This document shows, piece after piece, positions 12,600-24,400 of a DNA stretch of 64,000 nucleotides. The stretch comes from Octopus sinensis. Taxonomy: Eukaryota. The stretch is from contig NC_043005.1 of assembly GCF_006345805.1 (NCBI RefSeq), positions 92,504,001 to 92,568,000 on the forward strand. Reading direction: 5' to 3'. The position numbers and the translations under genes are program-made. The notes beneath the pieces are model-generated. The model saw only the letters and a program-made list of their open reading frames with translations. It was not told the DNA's origin and made no database searches. The first letter of the stretch is position 1, and every line of letters starts with the position of its first letter.

Positions 12600-13225
12600 T
12601 GTAGCGAACTCTAGTGAGCTTCCTCTCTCTATTATATAACAGACATACGAACATAGCAGGTAACAGCTAACCTTTGGGCACTGTTTTGGACCCCGTTGTG
12701 TCTACCACTCTGATTGTTTGGTATTGGCGCAATTTGTCTCTTACTCTATCATGCGCCAATATACAACCCAACCAATCACAGCCTTCAAATAAGTCACATG
12801 AGAGTCTTTTCTAAACTGCATTTGAGCCACCCATCAGCTATAAAAGCTCACCCCTCTAGTCTCAATATCAATTGGTTTCAGACCTTCTAAGGTCTAACCA
12901 CTGACCACATTACAGCAAGCTCTATCTTCATCACCACCATGATGTCTCTCACCAACATCGTCGACAACATCTACACAGCACTGGTTCTAACATTGCTGTT
13001 CATGAGTTCTTCACCAGGGTTAACAGCTAACATACAACCCATGCAGATGCATGGAGAGATATGAATAAATGTACATCAACCACCTCCATTCAGCTTGTGT
13101 ATATATACATGTGATCACAATAAACGTATTTAAAGTTATCATCTTGTTCCGTGTATTTCTTTACCAGGTTACCAAACAACAACCTAACCATCTAAACTGT
13201 TATACTCTGATTGGGATATTTTACA
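12600..13225 (+). mobile_element. Possible solo LTR
   Basis: Starts TGTAGCGAA like the LTR at 36978(-), has CCAAT, TATAAAA and AATAAA, ends TTACA. No TSD found. Confidence 0.35.
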
Positions 13226-13329
13226 AAAGCAATAGCAAATCATTCTATATTAGCTGAGTAAACTTCACATGCAAAGTTCCATGTGACATTCTATCTAACT
13301 ACATCAAAAATTGGGCATGCACTGTATGT

Positions 13330-13545
13330 GTATGTATGTATTGTCATTCGATCCCATTCTCCAACCTTGAGAGCATGGAATATGAGAACTTTGATGGACC
13401 CGCAAACCACAAAGCAAACTGAAAGGTGTACTGCACTTGTCTTCCAAGAACTCACCCCCTTCAACATTGACATAGTCGCTCTGAGTGAGACTTTGTCTAG
13501 CGACAGCAGCATAAAGTAAGCTAGCTTTCTTTTGTAAAGAAAGTA
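13330..13545 (+). mobile_element. RTE-clade LINE 5' fragment (APE endonuclease N-terminus)
   Basis: ORF 13283..13519: LRAWNMRTLMD...ERCTALVFQEL..FNIDIVALSET. Confidence 0.75.
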
Positions 13546-13559
13546 TGCCAATCAGTGTG

Positions 13560-15000
13560 CTAGACAATTCAATTCCCAATTTGGCCTTCTGAATCATGTC
13601 AGGTATCATGGAGGCACCAGATGAACCAAACTTGGACACAAGTGGTGCCAATGTAATGACATAACTGTATCTGTAAGGGCTATTAGACTCATGGATGTTA
13701 TATCATCTTGGTATGCAAAAATAAATTGACTGAAAAATGAATTAGGAAGGAGAGATGATGAGCATGTTCCACATATGACACTGCCTTATGAGTATTAGGT
13801 CCGGCTGGTGCCAATGTTTGGAACATGGGTTCATCCACGATACTTTGTGCTGCTGTTTCAGCTGGAAATATGTGTTAGTTACACACAATCCATGGAGTTT
13901 GCATAGTTCCAGCAAGTGCTGCCCATTTTCATTCATCTTCCTGATCCCGTGTTTTCCTAGACCAGCCGGTCAAGTTGTAGATTTGACACCCACTCTAGCA
14001 TTGAAGGGTTTCTCTTGATGGTATCCTGCTTAGCTTTGATGACAATTGATTGTAGAACTCATTTTTCAAGTCCTGGTTGAAGTATGAGGCAGGTGCGTAA
14101 GCACTGACCAAGGTGGCCAGTTGCAGACATAGCATCCTCTCTGTCCCTTCATCATTGAGTTCCACCATCTTCAGAAGTGAGTTTTTCATTGCAAAGCCAA
14201 CTCCATGTTCTCTAACATCCCCATCACTTTTCCTTTGTCAGAAGAATCTATAATCCTGTTCGCGTAAAGTTCCTCTCTCTGACAGGTGCGTTTCCTGAAG
14301 AGCGGTGATGTTCACCTGGACTCTCAGTAGTTTGGTGTCGATGGTGGCTGTTTTGCATGCAGTTTCGATTTCTCAATAGTTGTCGGACAATCCTGGAAAT
14401 AGAGTCTGAACATTCCAGCAACCGAGTTTAAGGGCTGGTTGCCTGATTTACAATTTCTTGTTTTTGTTTGGTGCAAAGTTTACAGTCCATGTTTCAGAAC
14501 ATATGTATTCCTGAGCCCTATGCACCCTGTAAGGCAGACAGACTATGACAGGGCAGGACCTATCTGGCTGGGGACTGCCCAACTTGAGGCAGGCAGTGAC
14601 TATCCAGTAAGACATTGAGGTCTCTTCCACCATTGAAAACAGCTCTATGTCAGCTGAGCAAAGACTTATCACTGTAACTGCGGTTTACTGTGTTGTTCCA
14701 TCACAAATCACAAATCTAGAGCGTCCTCTCCAGGGCGAAGGCCTGGGCAGCTTTTGTGGAAGACTTGCAGTTGCCCATGTGACAGGTACCCCCTCTCCAC
14801 ATCACCGATAGTATCCAAGGGAAAGGCAGAGTCCAGTACAGCTTGGGATTGGTGTGTAGCATGAATTATCAGTGAGGTTGAGTATAACTTCAAAACTACC
14901 TTCAGGACTCCAGCTCCGGATTTCTTCTCAGGGTTTTCTCCCCAACAAGTCAATAGACCAATAACTGACCAGCCAGCATTGAATTGGTTTGGCATGCCCT
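13560..15000 (-). mobile_element. Second RTE-clade LINE 5' fragment (5' region plus APE endonuclease), 3'-truncated
   Basis: Minus-strand reading KLGCWNVQTL...VNITALQETHL...REHGVGFAMKN...ATLVSAYAP...NENGQHLLELC..HGLCVTNTYF..KVSW...HWHQPDLIL, with stops and frameshifts. Confidence 0.8.
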
Positions 15001-15141
15001 CTTTCTCACTCATGTACAAATTTTATCTGTCAGCCAGAGAGGTAATCAGGCCTAAACCATTACTAAGTTTATTCTTAGGTTCTTACCATCTGAGACTAAA
15101 TTTAAGACCATAAAGAGGCAATGTCTTTATCTGTTTGTATA

Positions 15142-16214
15142 CAAGGGGTACCCAAAGGTAACCAGAAAAATTCTCTGTGAGACAAGCCCATTATAGTTCA
15201 GGCTTCCATTACTAGAAGCCACTTGATGTGGCCCTCAGGCATCAGTCTGCTGACCAACAGCATCAAGTGAGGTTGTACTGCCACATGGTGTATCTTTGTT
15301 TTGCAGTGCTTCACCCGTTTGTTGATTTTTGCGATGGCTGAAATAAAGGGTAGCGTACTTCTCTGATATTTTGTTTTCTGCTGGGGAAAACCAGCAGCTG
15401 AAACAGTTCTCATGCTTCAAACAGCTTACAAAGACACTACCATGAGCAAAACACTAAGTTTATAAGTGGTTTTCACACTTTAGGAATGGTCACTTGAAGA
15501 CCAACCTCGTTCAAGGTAACCGTTGACCTCCTGAACAAATGAAAACATCACGAAAATTCACGAACTGATCTTGGAGGGCTGTCACTGAACTTGTTAATAT
15601 GACTGGTGTGTTCTGGAGCTCCTCTCAATGAATTTTGAATGAGGAACTGCAAAAAGAGTTGCAGCAAAATTTGTGCCTCAGTTGCTCACAGATCAAAAGC
15701 AGTCAGGACTGAATGTATATCGTGAACGGAAAGAACAGTTGGAAGTTGATCTGAAACTTTTTTCAAAGGTCATCACTGGTGATGAAAGCTGGTGCAATGG
15801 CTACGACCCAGAAACGAAGCAGCAATCAAGTCAATGGAAGCACTCAATATCACCATGCCCCCCTCCCCCCCAAAAGTGTGTCAAGTTCAATATCAAGACG
15901 ACGCTGATTTGTTTCATCGATGTGAAAGGAAATGTCCACAAAGCATGTTCCTCGTGGTCAAACTGTTAACCAGATATTTTACTTGACAGTTCTGAAACAT
16001 TTGCGAGACACGGCGAGATGAAAATGCCCCAGCCAGTGGCAAAGTGCAGAGTGGTGGTTTCATCACAGCATACACGCGATCACAAAAATATCAATTACAC
16101 AACTTGTGAAGTAAACAGTGATTTTACTCAGTACACTACCTCAGCACATGCAAGTGTGCTACCATCTGTTGGCACGCTACAAAACTAGTCCGGGAACTTT
16201 TTGATGCCCTTTCG
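15142..16214 (+). mobile_element. Degenerate Tc1/mariner transposon
   Basis: Transposase remnants FCFLLGKTAAETVLMLQTAY, FSKVITGDESWCNGYDPETKQQSSQWK, GQTVNQIFY; TA-flanked, weakly matching TIR-like ends. Confidence 0.8.
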
Positions 16215-16902
16215 TATTTCTTCACCCAATCGCCGGAATTGCATTGGTGATATGATTAATATTGTAGCATACTTATACAAGTGTACCCACCGACTTTGTT
16301 TACTTATAGCTTTCAGGAAAAACAGACAATTTTTATTGAAATTTTTTAAAGTTATCTTTCAAATATTGTAGATTACGATTAAATCGGAATTTAATATGAA
16401 AAAAAAACCCACCAAGAAACTTGGTATGTGAGCATGACTCAATTTTTTCAAAAGTTCGAGTTTCATTTTGTAGATATATGTTAAGTGTGACAGTATTAAG
16501 TGTGCGTGGTCACCAAGTTATATTTTTATTTTTCACATTAAAATAGGACACAGTCGTAATCACGAAAGGTATTTGTAAAAAATTTCACCGAAAAATATGA
16601 ATTTCTTTCTGAAAGTTATGAGGAAACCAAGTCGATGTATAGGATAAGGCTTTGAACGTTCAACGGAAGTCGTTTATATAAGAGTTGTAGGGAGTTATGA
16701 CTCATAGCAATGTTCATTGGCTAATTTGATAATATATATAATGACGTTCTTCTGATTTATAATTTTCAATTCAGTTGATAATCTATCGGATGATTTCTAG
16801 AATTAGATTTCCCAACATTTTTTTCCATTAAAAATTTCTTATTAATTTTTTTGTTATAAAATTACAACAAAGTCTAACTGACCTCTTGAAAAATCTAATA
16901 AA

Positions 16903-16950
16903 ATGGCGGACGAGACGCTACTAAACTTGTACAAATCTCAGCTTCAGCAG
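16903..16950 (+). CDS. SMNDC1: SMNDC1 exon 1
   Basis: MADETLLNLYKSQLQQ; donor GTAATT at 16951. Confidence 0.85.
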
Positions 16951-18392
16951 GTAATTCTTTACTTTCACATGTAAAGTTGATTATTTGTTGTATTTAATGA
17001 TTTATGTAGACTGTTCCGAAGTCATCTTTAACAATATAAATTGATGATTGTCTCTTCCTCATCTATTTGCTTTCTAAAATGTCACCATTTCTATTGTTAC
17101 CGATTCTTCCCCCAACAAACTGCAGGTCGCCAGTGCTTGCTTTATTACTCTCCAGTTTATATCTAATATCGTAAATTTACTGAAAAACAAAATAAGTTTA
17201 TATTGAACATCAATTCATGAATGTTCTATGAATATATTTGACTAACTAACTCCATGTATTCGACACGTGTATAATTTTTTTCCCTTTTGTCCTCAGCTTT
17301 GTTCTTTTATTCATATTCTTTCCTGTTCCACTAAAAGACATTTACAAGGAAGAAGATGACTTATTGCTTTAATTTTTACAATAATTTGTTTATATTTGGA
17401 ATTGATTTCCATTTTGGAAACTAGCTTTTAAAATGTAACATTGACATAATGAAACTTGTCCTGTTCCAAGCAAATCTTCGTGTAGTATATACACAATTAT
17501 TATGACAATTATTTCCGTTTTTCTGTGTTAAAACCCCGCTGAATTATTCTGTCTATTATTCTTAAGTTGATTCAATCGATACAGTCACCTTCATAAAAAA
17601 ACAAAATGTGAATGCTATGAATATTTTAATTTCTGAAATGACTGATTCTTAAAAAAGTAGGCAGTAAGAAAATGGAGAAAAATAATTAAAACTAGATGGA
17701 TGTCTCCCGTGGCAATTACAAGTCGCTTAAGGAAAAATTTCTCATTCCGTTGTGAAAAACCTTGTTGTCCGCAGAGGTAATTCCCTGTTTGGAAATTAGT
17801 AGAATGCCGTCGATGAAATTTACTCAGGCGTCTTCATTTACTACATTTTCGTGGGGCGCCAAAAAAATTGTTACTATCATTTTAAAGATCTTCCTAACTC
17901 CACATAAATCTTTAAAAAATCTGTTACGCAATCCTGATTTGTGTTCAGAGATCAGAGTTTGTGATTGAGTCTGAGTTCAAATTCCGCCGAGGTCGACTTT
18001 GCCTTTCACCCTTTCGGGGTCGATAAATTAAGTACCAGTTACACACTGGGGTCGATGTGATCGACTTAATCCGTTTGTCTGTCCTTGTTTAGCCCCTTGT
18101 GGGTAATAAAGAAATACATAGTTTGTGATTTGATTGCCTTAGTTTCTCCCTGTTAACACAATGTATTAAACTGAATATCTTTAAAACCTCTTTACTGCTG
18201 CTATTGTAATAAATCATTATTCCCGCATTTCTCCCTTCAGGCAACTTAATTTAAATAACAGCTTTGTGAATTTTCTTTCCTCTTGCGCAATGTTCGTTTA
18301 AAGCAAGTTCGTCTATAAACAGTCTCTTTTAAAGGTTCCTCTCTGAGTGGGCGTTTTTGTGATGTAAACAATTGTTTTATATCGTGTGGGTG

Positions 18393-18428
<36 letters not shown>

Positions 18429-21400
18429 ATTTCAGATGGTGTATTATTTCGATTATATGGGAATGTAATGGGCGGAGGGGAAATTGATGGGCTTATACAA
18501 ATACATATTACAATTTTTCTCAAAGTTTCAAGTTTCATTTTATTTGTATATGTGTATGTATGTGTTTTTGTTACACATTATATTCCGATATGATCGTTAT
18601 CTACCGCCGTCTGAAAGGTATTTGTAGAAAATTTTTCCTGCCCGGCTGTACTTGTAAACATTAGCTAAAATTGGCCTAACTACAGATTTCTGCCCCCCCC
18701 CTCCACGATTTGGACGATCATAACTTTCAGAAAAATGGATATTTTTTAATGAAATTCTCTACGAATATGTGTCATATCGTCTTAATAACATATTTCGGTC
18801 AAACTAAATGGTTTGACCCAATATTCTATGTACCAGACTGTTAGCTGTTATTTTTAGCATAACGAGTTTTCTGGTGGAGCTTCATTGCCTGTTGCACAAA
18901 ACGGAGAAAATAAAACAATTATGGACAACTTGTTCAGAAGCACCCCCAAGTGGGGAACGGTTCTTAAAAATAACCTCCAATTGTTCCCCCCCCCCCCCAA
19001 TTCCTATATCCTCGGAATTTACATAGTCCGAGGTATATTTGTAGATAATTTCGTTAAAAAAATATCCATTTTCTTGAAAGTTAAGACGAAATGGACTCCG
19101 GTGAATTTTCCAAAATCCCACAAGTTTGTATATTCGGAATTGGAAAGATTTCCTCCCCTCCCCCATTTTCTCGCAAATTTTTTTTTCTTGCCAAAAACCC
19201 ACGTTTTCGGATACGGAGATTCCAGAAATTTGCCAAAAATCGGAATTTTGAAATTGCTTGCAACCCCACTTACCCCATATTTATTCATTGTTTACTTTTT
19301 TCCGTAACCTCAACCCTAAGTAGAGAAATTTTTGGAAATTTTTTTCAGAATCATAATCTCCGTATTTTTGCGCATATTTTGACAAAAAAAAAAATTTACA
19401 AAAGTAAGTGAAAAGTAACACTTCGTATGATCAAAGCTTACTGATTTTTTAATTATTATTTGTATCTTGTTTGCCCTGTGCAGATTACTAATTTAATGAT
19501 TTTCATGCAGGTTGAAGCTTCCTTAACAAGTGATCCTGATAATTTGGATCTTCTGAAGTTGAAGAAAGATTTACAGGTTAGTACAGCTGTTTCTGACCAC
19601 TTTGCCTTCATTGTAAAACTAGTTGCACTAATAAATATTCTACCATTGCCAATTATATATAGTCAGTGTATTAATTAATTACTTTAGAAGTATGAAAATA
19701 TTGTCTATATCTTAGATAAATTTTATTTAGATGTTTTTTAGTTTATTCAAGTAGATGTTTCCCTTTTGAATAAGAAAGTTATAATGGAATGTATTGTTGT
19801 CCTAAGATGAGAAAGTTATGATATTACATCAGAAAGTCATGAAAGTTGTTATTTTTTGAGTATGACTGAAAAATTGGGGCTTTTATTCTTGCTAAAACTA
19901 GAAGTTTGGTCTTTATATTATGACTTAGGAATAGTTGGTTTGTATTTTTGTCTTCAAACCTTTCAACCATCAATTAGTTTGGGGTTTTAGTTCTTTGACT
20001 TGGCATATATTACTGTTTCTTTATTTAATCGCACATGATTTGAATTAAGAGTATAATTATTTAATTCTTGCTTAAAATATTGTATTATGTCATACTGGTT
20101 CTTTCAAAGAAGTTCTTGTTTTGCTAAAAACTTTCCAGATATTTTGAACTCCTGACATATTACTTGATTGTTTGGAAGTGGTTCTGTTTACATTGTTGGA
20201 TTTTGAGTTTTAGTCTGTTATGATAGTTCTTGTAACATACAAATACAGACACAATTTCATAGTCTTTGTAGTCAGTTTCTTAATTTTTCAAAAAATTATC
20301 ATCAGTAAATGCTTTTAGTTATGTTAATCAGTTAATGAAATTTTACCCCCAAATAGTGCTCATTGTAAGTAATTTGGTAGAGTCTATCTAAATCCTAGTG
20401 GATTTTTAAAAAATGGGTTTTTTGTGAAAGTTAGAATCTTAGGAAATTTGTGATGGTCTATGTCATGCAAAAAAAAATTCTAATGTATTATAAATTTTAT
20501 GCTATGAAGAAGAAAAATTTTAGATTTTCTCCAACAAATTTGTCAGACTTCTTTCACATAACAAAATTTATTCCACCAAACATTTTTAGTTATAATGAGT
20601 CTTAATTGATAATTTCAAATACTTAATTCATAAGTACTTAGTGTTTTATTGATATTTATATATTTATAGTAACATGCATTTATTAAATGCTAGATTTCAT
20701 ATATTTGGCATTGGTATGTTTTATGGGAGCAATGTGCCTGTGATATCTCCTTTACTCTATTTTACCATTCATTTTATAACAATTCAGTCTATTTTGATTG
20801 TAAGAAATATATTTAATGGCTATGAGCAATGTTAGTTAATTTAAATATGAGGCGATTACAATATATATATATATATTTTTTATTTGCATCTTAGCATGAT
20901 TCTAAATTAAATTATTTGGCACTTTCATTTATGAGATCTTCTGAAGTTAAAAACTTTGAAGAAAAGTATTTGTACCTCCTTCATTTAGTATTAATCATTC
21001 CTCCTTTTTATTGCTTCCTATAGATTTGTCTTGTGCTATTGTATGAAATATTGCAAATGAATTCAGTTTCACTTCATGCTAAATTAATCCTTGACCACTG
21101 TTTTTATTACTCACGCTGTATTGCGATCCTGGTCAGAGGGTCATTCTCCTGCCTTTGGTGTGACAACAGAAACACAACCAAGTGTTTCTTCTTTGAAAAT
21201 GTTCAAATGGCCTTCAACTTTTTTTCCTCACTTTCTTCTTTGCCATTCTTATTACTGTTTCAAGTGAAATACATGGATACTTCAGCATAAAGTAATGTTT
21301 TAGCAAAGGCATCATTGATGCACAATGAAAAGAATTCTGTCAGTGTTGTTCATTGACAGCCATATATATCCTCATTATTTCTGAGCAATATTCTTTGTTC

Positions 21401-24400
21401 ATCTGGTAGGTGAACTTGCAGTTTCACTATTGCAGGTGCTCTCTCATGAATTGAAATTCTTAAAATGGATGCAACTGCTTTGGACGGACCAAAATGCCTA
21501 CCCATTAAATATTGACTAATTTTGTTATCATTGAACAGCAACTTGGTCATTTCATTTCAAGGTGTACTTGATGACATACTTAATTTACCTCGCTGAGGCA
21601 ACGATTTCAATGTTGCAGTGGCATTTGAATGTTCAAATGGCGAGTTTCATTATAAAGTACAACCTATTTGTTGTTGTTTGTTTCTCCTTTCTTATGAGAT
21701 CCAACTCCTCCCATTGCAACTGATCTTTGTCTATAAAGAGATAGTCTCTCCGTCTGTTTTTCTGCCTTTTGATTAACATGATAAAGATTAATATTTTATT
21801 TGAAATAAAATAGTAATTTTCCCCTTTAAGAAAAAAACAATAGAGTACCCGTGGTTCAAAAAATATCCCATAAAAATATTGGGAGAATTTCTATCTTTCA
21901 GTCCACAGAACTTGAAAGTTGTATAAATGCTTAAGGGTAGAAATTAGAAAGTAAGAAAAAAAGAATGGACAGTGTTAGCTGGGACAACTCAGTGTTGACA
22001 TTTTCAACTTGGTTATTTTTCTTTTTTTCTCTTAAAGTGGGAAATGACTATTTTATTTGTAATCTTTATCATTTTAATCAAATGGCAGGAATGGAGCAAT
22101 GTGAAATGAAGTGTTTTGCTCAAGAACATAATGCGTTGCTCAGTCTTTGAACTGAGCCAGTGATCTCGCAATCATGAGTCCAATAGCTTGACCACTATGT
22201 CATATGTGCCTTCACTATATCTATTCAAATACTTATTTAAATTGTAAGATATGTTTTTTTTTTTTTTTCCTATTTTAGAATAAGCAAAAGAAATACACCT
22301 AAATGGAAACCTTTTTAGAATTGTAAATTGTATGTAATTTTATCTCATAGTAATCTATTTATATAGATTGTACTCGCCTCATATTCATTTTTGAATTATC
22401 TGAATGCGCGTGTATGGTTGCTTTTCACATGCAATAATGGCAATGCTGTTGTTGTTATGTTGTATGAATGCCTTCTGCTCCTCCTAACCTAGTCCTCTAA
22501 GTCCATATTGGTTGAGTCAATCTAATTTGTTCTCAGACTCTTGTATTTCTAGATGAAGGGGCGATACACGCTCTTCGTATGTTTTGAAAGACTCACAGAC
22601 GGTGATCCTTGAGTAGTAAGTATACTCTCCACAGTTTGAATACTTGAACTAGTTACACTTCTGTGGTGGGATATTGACACAAACAACACCATGTGAAAAA
22701 TGGAACGTTTTTCCATCTTTTTTTTTTTTTTTTTTTGCCTATTTTATATACTTTTAAAATAGAAAATTTTAATCTAAATTAAATTTAATCTTGTTTATTC
22801 TGTGTTTTCATGTGTTTTGGAAACATGCTGGCATCTACAAATGTTCCTCGACACTTCTAACTTGGAACCTATTTCTCTTCATATTGTTAAAGCATATCTC
22901 AGCATATATTGAAGAATGCCGATAGATTGCCTGCCCATTAACACAGTCCTCTTTCAGTTACTTTTTCTCCATTCACAGTACTTCATATATGTACTTACGG
23001 TTTTGCTATGAAGTTGCCTTTTAAAATTTAAACTTATGTTGCTATATTATGGTATATAAACAGAATTATTAGATGTTTGAAAATATTGATTATCTATTAG
23101 AGCTTAGAAGAATTAAATAGTACCTCATGTTTAGAAACGTGTAAACAGACTAATTTTGATACCTGGATGCCCCATCAAAATTCACTATTGTAATTTAAAT
23201 GTGTATTGTTTAAAAATCTTTTTTTAAATTTTTTTTACACCAGCTAAGTCTCATGGAAACACAATAGGTATAACTTAAATTTCTCATCCAGCTGTAGCTT
23301 AGTACTAATAAAAGATCATAAATTGACAGGATAGAAGCACACAAAACAAAAGACTTTAATATTTTTGTTCTACTACATTTTGAGTTCCAAGAAATTGATA
23401 AAATAAGTGCCTTGACCTATTCAGTTGATTTCCTTGAAAAAATAACCTCTGTACCTTATCAAAGGAAATTTTCACCAATATTGTAGCATTAGCTATTTCT
23501 GGCTTAACATCCAAAGAAAAATTGTCTCTTGGTTATCCCAAACACATCTTTACTAGTGAAGTTTGATTAGTGAAATATTAAACTCATAACTCTTTTTTTG
23601 AAGCTTTTCATCCCCTATGGTTAGCTCAACTAACACTGACTGGTAAATATTCTTGATATTTGTACACATTTTTGTAGGTAGCTGTTAAATATTTGCTATC
23701 ACAAAGTATTGTTCATCATGAGCAAAACCACATTATTGTGTGAATATCTTCAAAATTTGAGCTTTTTTGAGTTGAGTTAATCTAAATTAGTTTTCTCCTT
23801 ATTTGACTACTAGGTGTAATTGAGTCAAACACTATAGAGAATTCTTAACCCTTTCGTTACCAAACCGCCCGAAAAAAATTTTGGTTAATGTGACCAAGCC
23901 GCCCAAAACCGCCCGAATTTACCTATTCATATTTAAATGAGAATATCAGAGCAAATCTCTTTAGTACATTCGTGAAAACACGTATTATACTTCGTAAAGA
24001 GTTCAACTACAGTTTTGTACAAAAATCGAAGTGTAATTTTAATTCCGTGAATTTTGGGAGATATTTTTCCGAAATTTGTTCCTATTGTGTTTTCAAAATT
24101 TGTAATTCTGACAAAAAATGGATACGAATTTCATATCAAGCAGCGAGTCAGAATTCAAAGGATTTTCTACTGAAGACCTTCATAAATCTAACTCTATGAC
24201 TGAAAAAAAAAAGCACGTGGTATTTGATAATGAATCTGATGTTTCATTTTCCGAATGTGAAAACAGTGAATCCGAGAGCTCCGACAGCGATAAAGAAAAT
24301 GAATTGGCACCTGAATGGAGTGAAAATTTAAAAACTGTTTCTTTCGGTGATTTTTCTGAAGAAACTGGACCAAGTCACAATCTTTCCCAGAAGAGTAAAG

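Noticed and set aside
13330-14240. Single RTE with an internal inversion
   Set aside because: The minus-strand piece has its own APE N-terminus (WNVQTL...LQET) at about 14260-14440, so there are two elements.
18882-19411. Five overlapping ORFs on both strands
   Set aside because: No recognisable protein motifs or splice context; better explained as a non-coding repeat.
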